Of a DNA stretch of 64,000 nt, positions 37,626 through 51,880 are shown piece by piece; within the stretch, counting starts at the first letter, position 1, and every line of letters begins with the position of its first letter. This stretch comes from Raillietiella orientalis. Taxonomy: Eukaryota. A program made the translations under genes and the position numbers. The notes under the pieces were generated by a model. The model searched no databases and was not told where the DNA came from. It worked only from the letters and a program-made list of their open reading frames with translations. The stretch lies in assembly GCA_036172245.1 (NCBI GenBank), contig JAYWIR010000056.1, positions 558,001 through 622,000 on the forward strand. Direction: 5' to 3'.

Positions 37626-40453
37626 CTATAAAAAAGGATTGGAAGAATATCCGGCTACAGATGAAGAATTTGCTGTGTTCTGCTTACATATCAGATTACC
37701 ATTTGTTAGAAAAAAATTTTTGTTTTTACCAAAAATGGATTAGCAGGCATAGCTTGTAGAGAGATTGCAGACCAGCCATGAGGCATGGTTTCTAATTTAT
37801 TTTGACCCAATCCTTGAGTAAATTGAATCAAAGGATGTGAGGTGGACTGAAAACACTGATCTGTTGATATGGGGCAATAAGTACCAGAGGAATAGCCTAA
37901 GAGCACAAGTCAACACTATTAATGATTCTTGGTAAAAGAAAAAAAATTACCATTTGGAAGTGAAGGGTTCAGAAAAGGTCCAGTGGAGCCACATGTTACA
38001 TTACCGGGTTTACATACTTTACTGCCAATGCTACCTGTAACACAGATTTCACATTTAAGCTTGGATAACAAACATGCTCAATAAAGGTTTAAAAGGAAAA
38101 TTACTGACTATTAAAAGGATTTGCTGACAATATAGATCCACTCAAATTATCAGGTGCTAAAGTTTGAATAGCTGTTGTTGGACTGTTGACACCGGGGTAA
38201 AATGTTGGTGAAGGTTTCTGCATTGCCAAGGGAAACAGGAAAGATGACTGGGGGAAAGACTGCTGATTGCTATTAGTCATCCTAGTAAAGGACTCCATGT
38301 TCCATGAGGTTGGATCTGAAAGTGCACAATACCATGTGATCATTAAATATCAGCTGAGTCACTTACTTGATTTATCACAGTCGACATTTGTATGACTTTT
38401 AAATTCATTATCAAGTTCTGCTAGAGCAGCGTATCTATCAGAAGGAATTGAAGATGCAGACTTGTCATTCCAAGGTTTTGAAGACAAATTAGAATTTCTT
38501 TCTTTTGTCTCAGCAACTGAAAATAAATTTTCTCCATGCTAAGCAAAATAACGTTAGTTTAAGGAACTCTGAATTAAAATAGCAAACGCAACCCATATTT
38601 TACATAATCCTGATCTCCAATAGCCACATGAAATTAATACCTGAAATACAGGATTTGCTTGCTTGGATGAAATGCTTCTACAAAAATTTCATAAAGAAAA
38701 TTTCCGTTGCCATGATCAAATGAATAAAATAGACTAAAAGATGCTTTGGGGGGGGGGGTGGAAAAAAAAAAAAAAAAAAGCACAATAAATATACAAAGGG
38801 TACCCAGAAACTAATTCTGAAAAGGGAAAAAATATCGGGTTTGCTTAATGTGTTTTGCATATTTTCTTCTTCAAAATCAAATCAGTCAATTAGTACTTGG
38901 TGCTCCTGAAATGCACACATCTTCCTTTACAGTGTCAAAGGTAACCCATTTGGTTTTAGCATGGATTAAGTGTGAGGGAGGAGGTATTCTTGGGATAGTC
39001 AATGTAGGCTTGGAATCATTAGTACTAATATCATCTATTATTGCATAAGAAAACTTGGAATTGTATTACTAGAAATACAAAACTTACTGTGTGTTCCAAA
39101 TAATGGATTATCATCAAAGTTTGCAAATTTTCCATTGGATTCAGTGCTGTTGACAGTTTCCGAAAAAGCATCAAATAAAGGTATTGGGAATTCATTGGTC
39201 TTCACAGTTTCAGATTTTTGAACTGGCTGTGTATGCATGACAGCGAAATTAAGTTCCTTGTTTATAGTTTATTTATAGAAGCTGAGAACTAATCTGATTT
39301 CTAAACATACTTTTTGGTAGTTCACTCCAGCTCTCAAATTCCTAGAAGCAGTAGTTGCTGACTTTTGTTCAAGTAGAGGTACAATATCAGGATTTGACGA
39401 GGATTTTATCAAAACATTATCTACTCCATTTGATGCATTTGAAACATTGCAATCAGCACTTCTGGAATTATCTTGAATAGCTGTTACGGGATCCACATAG
39501 AACTTTTTCTTTTCATATTTCAGGATCATCAAGTCCTTCAAATGCATTTCATTTTTTTCATGAAACTCGGGATACGAATGCTGACTGCAGTTGCCCAGCC
39601 AAATCTTTCTACAAACCTAAAAAACATGTGACATCACTGCATTTGCTTTTGGTCAATTGTTAAAATTATTTTGTTAAAAGTTTTAAAATAATGCATATAT
39701 TTTTACATGTTAGTTGAATAGGTTCATTGCATAAACAAATGAAAAATGCATTACTTCATTTCCTCTGCTTTTGATCATGTCTATTTCTTCTGGATTAAAA
39801 GAAGCCATTGTAATAGACTTGATCCTATGAGGTGGATTCAAACCTCTTCTAAATAAACATAAAGATACACAGTCAGTTAATTACCAAACCAACATTTGAA
39901 ATTTTATATTATTTGAATATACATCTAGTTAATATGTTTGATTTTCATAAACACTGATTTCAACAGTCTGTAAACTTCACATACAAAATTCCTACTTTAT
40001 TGCAATCGCCATGCACACTAAACATATTCTCAAACCTGTGTATTAAACAACAAACAGCACTCTAATTTAGATGATTTATGAGCACATATTGTACACGTGA
40101 ACAACAACAACAAAAGAAAACCAAGGAGTATTGCAGCAACTCACTGTTCGAATCAGTTAAATGGCATTAAACAATTACATTTATCGATGTACTAAAAATT
40201 TCAAACAAGCACTTTCAAGACAAAAACAGGAATGTTCTCAATAGGAGTTATCAGTGTCCTCACTGCTACTGAATTCTACTTACAGGATACCTGAACAGGT
40301 AGTACAAACAAAAGATCCAATGGTCATGTTAATGTAAGTTGGCCCTCTTTGATTGCAATCAAAACATTCTTTGTTGTGTGGCAACGAAACCAACTCCCTT
40401 AGAGTTTTTAAGTTTTTATCATCTTGCTTCTTTTTGGAATGACAAGAAGCCAT
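37626..40453 (-). CDS. AGFG1: Arf-GAP domain and FG-repeat-containing protein 1 (AGFG1/HRB/drongo-like), ~512 aa; exons 40453-40284, 39848-39755, 39616-39311, 39256-39088, 39034-38897, 38516-38367, 38315-38109, 38034-37951, 37896-37730, 37679-37626
   Basis: N-terminal ArfGAP zinc finger (CFDCNQRGPTYINMTIGSFVCTTCSGILRGLNPPHRIKSITM...KYEKKKFYV), the family motif DRYAALAELD, three NPF motifs and a C-terminus SSNPFL*. All ten exons are phase-consistent with GT-AG introns. The exon 4 acceptor (AAG) and the exon 5/6 junction are less certain. Confidence 0.93.
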
Positions 40454-43400
40454 GACTACACGCACTCACATTTCAACCTGCATTGCCGTTAACGTGCATA
40501 TTGTTGCTTCTTACGAATTTCGAAGCGACCCACCACACGATCCCGATCACATGTTGCCCACCGCCACCTCAGTTTTCACCATTCCTTTGACCCAAAAGGG
40601 GGGAACCTCTACCACTTTGGCTGCTGAATCCCTCTTTCCTTCAGGCGCGACAAAACCATTTCACGTTCCAAACGAATCTCCCGAAACAGCTGTCAAACAA
40701 GTGCGCTGACTCGAACACGGACGTGGTGCCGCTCTCCTTTTATTACAAACTGCAGACTGTGAAGCAAACTCATTCAGTTGCCTTCGTGTACGTGTACGTA
40801 CAACACACAGGCGTTTATCGTTATTTATTTCTCATTTTTTTTTTTTTTTGTCATTTTTCTTCTGGACGGCGGGAACACAGCAAGTACTGGACTGAGGTTT
40901 TCCCGTTTTGCGCCGGGCAAAATTTTTCGTGCATGCATCGGGATGGGGAAGCCCACTTCCTGCATACGAATAAATCGAAACGTGCTGTAGGCACTAGGAC
41001 ATTCCTTTTTTTCTTTTTCTTTTTTTTTTTCTAGGGCTCTGGGACAGTAGGGCGATGCCTTAAGCTAATTGAACATGTCGTACACTTTGCACGCTGGAAA
41101 TCTGTTTTTCTCTTTTGGCAATTCTTCCCTTCTCTCTTCTACTTGGCTGACGTGAAAATCGGAAGGTTCTCTTGCTTACGTCTACTGCACATGCTAATAC
41201 CCCTCTACTAAATGCTCATTTTCCATTTCTGCAGATACTTTTGGAACAAGCTTTTAATGCTTTTCGGTGTCTCATGATCACCGCAGTGGGAGCAGTGCCG
41301 ACGATGTTGAGTGCCTGCGACGTGAGCCTGACATTTTATAGCACTGCTTTCAGGATTATTCATCCTTGGAACCAAATTGCTCCATCACGACAAGCTACTG
41401 AATCGCCCTCTCTTCCAAATGAGAAGAAGTGCATCTCCAATCCGGGAGCAACGTGCGTTCGTGTCAAAGCTTCTGGAGCAATCCGGCTGCCTTCAGAGCT
41501 CCATGGAGGTGGTGCAGGTTTTTGGATCGGTTTACGCTGCGTTCGCGTGGAAGAACATCTTGTGGAATGTGCTTGCTTTATCTTTCGGGTAGTACACAAC
41601 ACCGACTGCTAGCAAATCACCAACCTGAATTGATGCAATCAATGTGGTCTCTCGATCACCCGTTTGTTTTGCTCCACTAACCACTTTTAAGCACACAAAG
41701 TAATTCGTTCAAACAACAATTTCATGGAATTTTTGTTTCATTCTTATTCTAAACAGCCAACATGTTCCTCTTCCAAGTTCAAGGTTTATTCGCCAATGTC
41801 TTTTTTTTTTCTATCGCATCTCTAATTTTTTTTTTTTTTTGCATCAGTGGATATAGAATGTTTAAATCCTTTTTTAGAAATGAACCTCGATTCTTCTTGT
41901 TTTCGGCATCTGCCGTTCTACTTTCTGATATCCCCTCTGCTGTTTCTAGATACTTCGATTCCCTTTTTGGTATCGAAGATCCTATCCATTTGTTTCTCTA
42001 AACTTTAGAATAGTCGGTAGCTGTCCTTCATTGGAGTCGAAAGCTCAAGCTCGTTCATTTTAACTCCTCTCGCTGTTTGTTTTCTCTATGAAATCAAAAT
42101 GAAACAGAAGACAATTACTATTTGAATTTTCAAGGATTTTCTAGTCACAGTAGTGCGTTAACGCTCAGCTGCTTCCACAGTGAAAATTGTAATTACAGAA
42201 ATGTTGGCGTTTATGTAATTCACAGTAAAGGCAGTGCCTATTACAAGGCAAAATTTGCTTGCAAGATGAGACTGGCATATAAATTAAGCAATCGAACATT
42301 ATGCAGGAGATAAAATACTGTAACGGAATTCGGATATTTCAGGGAAATAATGGAGTATTCAAACAATTATGACAAATGTACTTATGTAAAGATCAGTAAC
42401 ACGTATTCAAATGCAAACAAGAATTCTATTAGGATTTCGTAATCAGCCGTTTCTTTTCTTTATTCCCCCCTCCCCACCTCCCCACCCCAAAGAAACACCC
42501 GGAAGTAAACGAAATGCGAGCCTTGGAAGTGAAATCACATAATTACTTATTTCTTTCACATCGCTTTCGCTACACTGAATCTACTCTTCTCGTGAATGCA
42601 ATCGTTGTCATCTCATTCTTTGTAGGTGAGATGCATTTCGACCCAATCCGCGGAGCAAATCCTATAAATCTTCGAAGAAAAGCATCACCTTTCTCTTCCG
42701 AACTGTTCCTTTTTTTTTTTGCAATTTATTAACGGAACTAGTTGAAATTAAAAATGGCAGCAGCAACATTGCAACAACTGTGTACTAAAGTTCGAATCTT
42801 CTAAGTAACAGTGATCGGATTTGTTGGGAAAAATTCAGCGGCCAATGGAAGCCAATCAGCACTGCTGGAAGCACTTAGAAAGAAGAGAATAGTAGATTTC
42901 GATTTTGAGTCGACACCGGTCATTTTTATAGACGAACGAGGGAAAAGAAGAAAATAAAGTATTTCTATAATACAAAGGATAAAAGAGCGTAAGAATGAGA
43001 TCGAGTTGATTACAGAATTAATTATTAATTCCACTTGACAGATTACGCAGAAAACTTAATATTCAGAATTGCAACACAATATGTACTGTACTGCGTGATT
43101 CATACTCAGCAACATCGTGTTACGTGTAGTATCTGGTGACCAAAGCGTGTCAGATCGTACTCATATGAAATCACATCTCTCTCATACAAAGACACTTCTT
43201 TGGGAAATTCCAGTATATTTTAATATTCCCCTTTTGTCTACAGCTGCTGCTACCAAAAAAATCAAGCTGTTTCTTAAGCAGTGCGAATGCATCCGAAACC
43301 GTAGTTCCTTTGATCCGAGATCATGATAAATCAGAACAAAGGATTGCATCCTATGTTCGTCGCATCTTTGATCTTTGAACGCTGATACCAAAAAGGGATG

Positions 43401-45299
43401 AGATTGGCACGCAGTTAAATTATTCTACGAAGATGCCATTAATCACCGTTTCCTTGTTGCTGAGGCTTCAGCGTCATCATTGCATCAAAGGCACGGTAGG
43501 AACGCACGAATTCATTTGCAAATATCAATGAATTGTCTGTCAAATGGAAGAACTCGCGAATCGGACAAGGAAATGCGTTCCAGAGCCAGTTTATTATTTG
43601 GGAATCGGGAAGATGTCCAAGGTGCTTTCCACTTCTCCTTGCAGAATAACGTGGATGGTTTTTCTCTCTCGAGGAGCCGCAACATGGCAGTCCCAGGCAA
43701 CGATGTCTTTTGTGCTTCGTGTGATGCTGTGCAGGGTGGCACGTTCACGTTATTGTCGCTTACTGATGCGCCCCTGAAAGTCTCGGTGCTCTCTCAGGAT
43801 GACCTGAACAGCCTTTCTACGAGTAGGAAGAATCGATCCTACCAAGAGGTCTCTTGAAACAGCTTTGCAGTTTATCCGGACCACTACCAGAATTAAACTG
43901 AAGGACCTATTCAAAGATGCAAGCATCACAGAGGAGACAGCCGTGTGGAATAACTGGAACTTCAATGAGATGGAGTAGGCAGGGTTGAAGATCTGCTCTC
44001 ATCGTAAACTCCGGCAGAAATCAATTTCCGTGTCCAAATAAAGAACCAAAAAAAGGGCGATCAGATAGATCAGAGTTTTATGCAGATGGGCAGACTTGCT
44101 TGGTCCTTGACTCGGTGGTTCGTCGATTCCCAAACAAACAAGGAAAACATCTCGAAATTTCCCAAGAGGATGAGCTTTCAATGAGGAGAAGAAAGCGATG
44201 ATTCACGTTCTCGACATGCATAAAAGGAAAACTCGGTTGAAGAAACAATTAAGGTTTTAGAGAAATAACTTTTGTCTGAATGTAAGGGCAATTTTGAAAT
44301 CACCTCTATCCAGCATTGTTCATGAGTCGTAGGAAAGCTTTGAATGGCGTGTCCAAAGCTCGAATAACTAGGAAGGAAGAAGTGTTCTGTGTCCGAATTT
44401 GAATCCTCCAAGTGCACAAACCCGCTTAGAAGTGATAGCATCTTTAGCAAGGCGTTTCGAGCGGCGAGCAGAAGACAGCTGACATCTCTGAAGGAAGATT
44501 TGAATAGAGGACGTGGGGAAGAAGCCAAAGAGACATGAGATAGCATCGTTCAGGTCTCATTCAAGTTTTCAACGGAGATCTGTAGCAATCCCTATGCATT
44601 CTCTTGAAGGAGACCTGTTGCTTCCGAATGCTTAAAGAGCGCACCAAGGAAAGCAGTTCTCAAGATTACAAATTACTTGCAAGTTTTGCGTTTGGTCGCG
44701 ACAGGATGCACGAAGGTTGCATACGATTCCTTGAGCAAATGAAAAGAAACTAAGCTTAAATTGTCTGTTTGAGTGATGTGCTCAAGGAGGTGCACTGTTT
44801 CAAAATACTTCCTGTGCCTCCATGTTTCCCAGCAGAGGTCACTGGAAATTGAAACCTTTTTTGAAGAACATAGGAAAGCACTTCTTCAAAGTACAGGAGA
44901 TAAACGAAAGTATTTTAAAGCAACACAGACAAAAAGGTAATTTGTGACACAATGTCCCTCTTCGATGCTTAACCCTTGTCGTTTCCACAACAACCGAATG
45001 TGTCCTTCCAGAACGAGTTTCCTGTTTCTTTTCGATAGCTGGTCTGTACTTAAAGATATCAGATTTTTTACGCATAGTTCCATGTGTGAAAGTCCTAAGG
45101 TAATGATTCTTAATAACAAGGAATTGTGGCAGGAGGAACTGGACACGGGTGATTCCTTATTTCATAAGGGTCTTTTGGGAGACCTGGAAATGGATGATAC
45201 AGAGGCCTGATGGATGATAAGGATTCGTGACTGCGAACAGTTCATTACGAGTGGCAACTGCCAAAGAATGCGACTGATCGCTGCATCACGAAAATGATG

Positions 45300-45990
45300 G
45301 GAACGGCGAGCTCTGGAAGCATCAAGCGACCAATGCATGGCTCCTGATCACCAGAGCCACATCCATGAGGAATTGAAGGACACCAAAGAAGACGGCTCAC
45401 TGAACAAGGCCATCAACAGCTACTGGGTCCGGAACGTGAACCTGCTATCGCTCGGCACAACGATATGGAGGATCGATCTACCACCGGACACTCAGGATGA
45501 CCTGCTGATGTTTTACCACAAAGGCATCCTAAGTGGCTCCATACTGAAACATTGGACTAGAAGCAGCCAAGAGGAGCTCTGTAGGACCTGTGGAGATAGG
45601 GAAACCCATCTCCAGAGCTTCCACCTTCCCGACGCTGCTCCAGGATCGGACAAAGCTGAAGGCAGTGACTGGCTGCAAGCGAAGACGAAGATGGAGATCT
45701 TGGTGGGAAAGTTTGAAGGGAACGGGAACGTTCCCTGATACGAGCCCGTCGTTCGCGCCACCATCGCCCTCTTCATCACGAGCATCGCGACAAGAAGGGC
45801 AACGATGAGGAACCCGGAGCAACACAGTGCCTACCACAGCTATCGTCCAAGGAGTCATCAAGAGGGAGATAGGAAGCAGGAACTGCGGAAGTCCAGACGG
45901 GCAGAAACCCGTCTGGACTTACCGCTACATCTTGAAGGAGATGGCGGATGTGGCCCAAATTAGTAGACTGTCCTCCAGACCCTAGTAACT
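45300..45990 (+). mobile_element. Lineage A non-LTR 3' coding region, frameshifted
   Basis: NLLSLGTTIWRIDLPPDTQDDLLMFYHKGILSGSILKHWTRSSQEELCRTCGDRETHL...KMEILVGKFEGNGNVP, with an intact CxxC...ET..H motif. Confidence 0.75.
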
Positions 45991-47399
45991 TCTCCAATAG
46001 AGAAAGATCCGGAACGTGAAAAAAAAGAAAATAACACTTAGTACCTTGCACTTTTGCGTGCAGAAGCACTCGACAAAGAGTCTGCAGAAATGCGTAAATG
46101 GTGAATTTGCGTGAAAGTTGTTTTTAATAAATCCACCCCACCGCTGAGGTCGAACTGGGAACAATCTTGATCCCCAAGGTCGATCACACTGAAAAGTGCG
46201 GTCAGTCATGTGGCATTCCCATTCTTCTTTCCGTAATAAATAAGGAGTTGAAGTAAATAGGAAGGCTTGGTAGCTAGCGTACGCATACTTGAATGAGGGG
46301 CCAATTCAGAACCCGCTTTCGTCGGAAATGTTGGTCTTGAAACAAAATTTCGGGCATTCTTGCTCGAAACCTCGTACATCCTTCTATAAAAAGCACAAGA
46401 GATATATCGTAAATGTTAGGATTTGTGCGTTGTGCTTATGGACCGCGTCTGTAAAAGCGAGTTCTGCTTGAGTCTCCTAGCATAAAGAAGGCATCAATGC
46501 ACTGCAAAAATATCTGTGATTCTGGAATCCCTACCGCGATCCTAGAGCACGTACAAATTTCAAGGCGTCCTCCACTTTGGCGAAACCTCTTATTTTCTCG
46601 TGTAAACAAAATGGCAGTTGACGTGACGGGTGCACCTCGTTTTCCTCCAGTGTTCGTTTGCTTGTCCACCTTGCCGTGATAATTCCCGATGGGAAAGTCT
46701 CCAAGCAAGGACTTACACCTTGCCAGAAGTTTATTGTTTTATTTTATTTTACTTTATAATTATGAACGTACTTCTGAATCCGGCCTAAATGTGGGACACG
46801 AGGCTGAGAGAAATGAATCCCTGCAAAGTGCCACCATTGCCGGTCAAGTTACCCATCCATGTGCAGATAGACGGGTCGTCCTTCGGGTTCGCTGATCAGA
46901 GTAATTACGTGGCTATTAAAAAATTTCGAATCCAGTTTTTCCAGAATGTTTTGGAACTTTCCGGAGCGCCACTCAGTTAAGCACAGCATCATTCTCAGCT
47001 TGATCGATACCATTTCTGCTTCCTGTTTTCCTGCTCCGAACGCTTTTGTAGTTTTTTTTTTTTTTGCATCCTCTTTCTTGTCGAAATCTCCACAGATTTG
47101 CATCTCGACTTGTTTCTGGGGGACACTGGTTTTCAAGAGTTCATCTGGGTGCCATAACTTTTAACGACCACACATAATTCTTCTCCAAGATAAGCCACAA
47201 TTGCTAACCATAACTGGCGCTAGCAGAAAAATATTCTTCTTCGTGGAAGCGCCATTTGCAAAATGTCTGTGGCACGGCGTTTCCACTAAATTTCACCATT
47301 TCTTCTTCTTTTCTTTCCAGTTCGTTCCAAATTCAGTAAATTAACCGAGTAATTATCGCAGAAGCTTTCGTTTCGGTAGCCCGTGACTATGGGGTTGAA

Positions 47400-49700
47400 A
47401 GGACGTTCCCGACATTCCCTATCTTCCTTGAAGAGATTCTCCAACACGGCTGCGCAGTACAGCGCCTTCTCAGGATGCAGCAGCCAAACGCACCGCATCC
47501 GCACGCGAACCTCCGTCATCTCCAGCCCAGGCGCCCGCCACTTCTGCCAGCAGACGTCATACCTCGGGGATACCGCGTGTGCGCAGCGAGCCCGACTCCG
47601 CGCAGAAGCCGCCTTGCAAGAAGTCCCATCGGGACCAGCTCTTGATCGCATCGCGTCAAACGCTCCCCGAGGACATGGGGAATCAAAGACGGAGGCGTCG
47701 GGTCGGTTTCCAAGAGGGAAACCGAACCGGCTTGAAATGCAAGCAGCGCACCCACGTGGCCCGGAAATGGAGACCAGTCACCAAACCTCTCGGCTGATCC
47801 TGCCCGGTGGCGCCTGAGAGCCGCGCAGTTGAAATGAACCGACTGAGAGATCGCCGCCGCAGCCAAGACGAAATCGTTGAACAGATCGCCGATGGCGATC
47901 TCGCGCTCGCTCGGTAAGGGAGGCTCGTGGCCTCGTCTTTCTCAGGTGATGGTGCGAAGGATGCAGGTGCGATAGGCAGCAGATCTGCACCGGATCCACG
48001 AGGTCCTCATTCTCCAAGCCCCACTCGAGGTTCGGGGTTTCCATGGCGATCCGGAAGGATCACTGGCTCGCGGCATTCTCAACGGAGGCAAGAGCTCTTT
48101 CTCGAAACGGGCAACCGCCAGGTGCAGCGTTTTCCGCAAATCCGGCGATGGTGACCACATTGCAACACATGCAGTTGAATAGGCGGTGCAAAGCGAAGGA
48201 CAGGAAACCGCAGATGATCGACGCCTCCCCACAACGCCACGCGGAGGGTCGCGATCCGCTCCGCAGTTTCCCCACTTTTCGCCAAGCACTGGAGCAAGGA
48301 ACCTCGCGCCCGTGTTCATGGTGAGTATTGGCCGCTACCGGGTGACCTTGGTCTCCTCCCTTCGGACACAACCTCGTGCTTCCCCTGCGGAACGCCACTG
48401 GGGTCTTCCTTCTTCCTTGATTTTCGTCGTCCGCTCGTGGTGCAGCCGTGCAGATATCGCTGGTAGTAAGAAATCTGCCGAATGGGCAAAAACACCCGAT
48501 GGAAAGAAAGAGGCTACAAAGGAAGATCTTCTGGAAGGAATTTAAGCCTCGAATGAGGGTCAAGACTTAGTGCCGCCCGAGTGAGGAGGGCGAGATCAGT
48601 ATGAAGTCGCTGCAAGAGCCCGTGGAATTCCTGGATGCGCAGCATATCCTGGAACTCGCCGAGTACTATGAGAAGTGGCCCTTTGCGGCTCACAGAGCCT
48701 ACTGGAAGTTGGTCAGCAGCTCGAGTGGCATGATGTCAGATCTAATAGGCAAACATGGAGACTGGGGGAATATCGACTTTACCGTGGAGGAGGGAACAGG
48801 CACCGGTGAGAATCCAACATCGGAAAATAGTGCCTCACAGCAAGAAAATCTGGAAGGAGGAACTGACCTCGGTGGCACCTCGCTTCCTTCCCGTTCAGAC
48901 GTGGGGGACGTAGCCGTGGATACACCGCAGGCCAGGGATGAGAGTGCAGGACTACGAACGCTTCGCTGCCAGTGGCAACCGTTAACTTATGTGAATGTTC
49001 CAAGACTATCAGAAAATGACAGGAAGACAGGACACGCGAGGTGTTGATACAGCAAAAGAACGTGAGGTCCCTGATGACGAGAAAAAGTTTGAACAGTCTT
49101 CTTTGCACCGGAAAGCAGCAAATCAACGCCCTTGCCACCGCTGCCAGCCGCCACGGATGCCAGGACGTGAGTTCGAGAGCGGTTGGAGAAACCAGGTGGC
49201 ACAGCGATTGGCCACCCAATGCTCAGAATGACCTCTAATGTTCTACTACGGAGACATCCTGAGCGAAACAAGAACCAAGCACTGGACGAGGAACTCAGCA
49301 GGAGAGATTTGCACGGCCTGTGGAGACCGAGATACCCAGCTGCACATTAACTCACCCGCCTGACGCTCGACAGAGACTGGAAGGCGCTGAAAGTGGCGAC
49401 TGGCCTGTAGGAGAAGATTAAGAGAGAGACTCTGACTGGGTTGTTCGAAGGGGATGGAAACGTTTTTACACGACATCCCATGGTCAGGACCTGCCTTGCT
49501 CTCTTCATCACGAACATCGTCGTAAGAAGAGCCAAGCAGAGGAAAAGGAAGTGCGCACTTCCAGTGATGGACATTCTTTCGGGACTGATCAAGAAAGAAA
49601 TCGAAATTCGCAGCTGGGGGAGAATCCCCTCCTGTACATACGTGTACATTTTGAACAAAATAAGTGCAACTGTCCAGGCGCGAGGGAATCCCACTGTAGC
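47400..49700 (+). mobile_element. Internally deleted, decayed lineage A non-LTR element (possible gag-knuckle and endonuclease remnants plus C-terminal region)
   Basis: The 3' part (48.6-49.7 kb: WPFAAHRAYWKLVSSSSGMMSDLIGKHG; KHWTRNSAGEICTACGDRDTQLH; FEGDGNVFTRHPMVRTCLALFITNIV) is clearly homologous to the other copies. The 5' remnants (CKQRTHVARK knuckle-like; SRFGVSMAIRK APE-like) are weak. Confidence 0.6.
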
Positions 49701-49789
49701 AGGGAATGCACTGCGATGCGTCGGCGTGTCAGACTCTGCAGAAGGAAATCCTGCGGGAAAAAGGAGAAGAGACAGGAAAATGAAAAACG

Positions 49790-50560
49790 AACCCAGGTCG
49801 ACTGCGACTCGAGTGGTCTGACGTCGTCCCTAATCGGCAAACCTGGAGAATGGGTGGACATGGACCCCACCTGGCAAGGGATGCGCTGTGCACTGGATGG
49901 TGAATCCGACCTCGGTGATTCGTTGGGACTACGAGCAGTCCACCACTTGAGCAACCACTACAAGACGCGACTGTCTTGAACTCGAAGCAGCCGATGGGAC
50001 GCTGCACGCTCAGGAAATGCGAGATCTGGAAACAACCAGAACGGCATCGCGCGGTCCAAAATGAGGAGGGAGAAAAGCACCAAGAACTTCTTTCCACCAA
50101 AGAAAGAAACCGCGACGCCCCTCCACGCCACGAATATGAATCTACGAGCGGTTGGAGTGACAGTCCGGAGGAGTGACCTGGCACTGGACGCTCAGGACAA
50201 CCCCCTCGTGTCTCATCATTTGAGTGGCTTGAGAACCAAACTCTGGACAGGCAGGTGTGGAGCCAAGGAAACCCGGTTCCACTCACTCACCTGCCCGACG
50301 CTGCGCCAAGACTGGGCAGTGATGGAAACGGTGACGGGACCGCAAATGAGACCAAAGAAGGATTGTCCTAGGACTCCAGGACAATGTTCCCCGATCCAGT
50401 CCCGTGGTGCGACACTGCGAGATCGTGATAAGAAGGGCAAAGATCGGAAATGACAGGACGATAACCGGCCTGCCGTTGAGATCCTGAGGATCAAGAAGCG
50501 CTCGGAACTGCTGGACGAATCCCAGCTTGCGCCTTGAGGAAGGTTGAGGGGCTCCGGTGA
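49790..50560 (+). mobile_element. Additional tandem fragment of lineage A 3' coding region
   Basis: SSGLTSSLIGKPGEW...NLRAVGVTVRRSDLALDAQDNPL...GRCGAKETRFHSLTCPTLRQDW repeats the region just upstream. Confidence 0.65.
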
Positions 50561-51446
50561 GGAGCTGCGACCGTGAGGGTCCCGGCCCGATCGCGAAGAC
50601 GGGGTGCGGGGCCGCTCGACCCGACGCCTACTCGCCGCCTCGGAAGGGAAGCCGGAAGGCAAGCTTGGAAGGGTGAAGGGGAGGAGTAACAAGGCCCCAA
50701 TCGACACTCTCGAGGAGCGCCTATATCACGCGGAAGCGCGTGATCACGCGCTGCATCCGCCGCACGAACGCGGTAACCAAAAAAAGAACAAAAAGCGGGA
50801 GGGGGGGGATTATCCCGGCGATGATAAGCGAGGGACACTGCCTTGGTGACCGGATCCCCCCCCCCTTCCCCCCAGAGATCGTCAAGTTCAGAGTCGACAG
50901 CAGCAAGTGGCACGCAGTGCGCCACCGAACGAAAAAGGCGTGAAAGGACTGCGGAAGAGTGTTTTTGTGTTTTCGCACGAGCGGAGAGATCAAGCGGAAC
51001 GGCCTTACAGCTCGTCAGACCGGGAACAAACGTGGTCTGGAGAGATCCCCCTCCCCTTCCCCAGCAGCTCTCGCAGGGTCGCCTTGACGTCAGCGTGACG
51101 TTTCCGTGTGCAGCTTTCGAAGCGAAATGTAGAGCCCGAGCAAAGCTCCCATCTTGTCTCTCCTCCCTGGATCACCGAACCAGACTGGCATCCCGGCGGT
51201 GAACGTCGGCACCAAAGGGATCGGACGACTTCCCCACCGAGGTTTTCCGCAAAAAAAAAGGAAAAAAGGCCTGGAGTGCGGACATTTCGCTGGATAGGTG
51301 GAAATAGATTGGTCGATTCGCATCTGCCTTGCGCGTTTCGAATGGCGAAGGAATGGAATCGCAGGGTTCTTTTCTTTCCCTACTTCTTCTTCTTGGCCTC
51401 ACGGTGTGCACTTCCTCGACACTGGAACCGTTCAGGTGCTGCTTGG

Positions 51447-51880
51447 TTTTTACCCGGTGACGCCGGGACGTTTATTTAAAAATACAAACTACAAGTAAGA
51501 GGGGAAATATCCCCTCAAAAACGAGAGTGGCAACCGCGCAAAAGAAAAAGTTCAACCGGGATAACCACCGGCACACAGGCCGGCTTTCGAAAAGTAGGGA
51601 ATGGAAGGAGGGAACAATAAATAAATAAATAAAAACGGGAGGGTGGGGACAGGGATCTTTGGTTGAAGACGTTCCTTTCCTTCTAGAAGCGGCTCTGGAT
51701 GGTGGTGATCTCCCTGGAGACTTCTGGCAGATGAGGCCACCTTGCTGCTGCCCTCATGAGGGCTGCTGCCGTTCTAGCGGCCTCTCTTCGCCGCGAACCT
51801 GACTCATGGTAGGCTGTCACTATGGCGCGGGTGCTGCTTGGTGGGTGGAGGGCAGCATTCCTATGCTTCCGAGGTTCCCT
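51447..51880 (-). mobile_element. 5'-truncated minus-strand copy of the lineage B 3' end
   Basis: The minus strand encodes AARWPHLPEVSREITTIQSRF* (compare AVRWPHLTE*DRKEITDIHRRF at 23.7 kb), then a T-rich UTR and AATAAACGTCCCGGCGTCACCGGGTAAAAA. Confidence 0.7.

Noticed and set aside
42753..42958. P-loop-like peptide VIGFVGKNSAANGSQSALLEAL
   Set aside because: Lacks GK[ST], is preceded by an in-frame stop, and has no further GTPase motifs.
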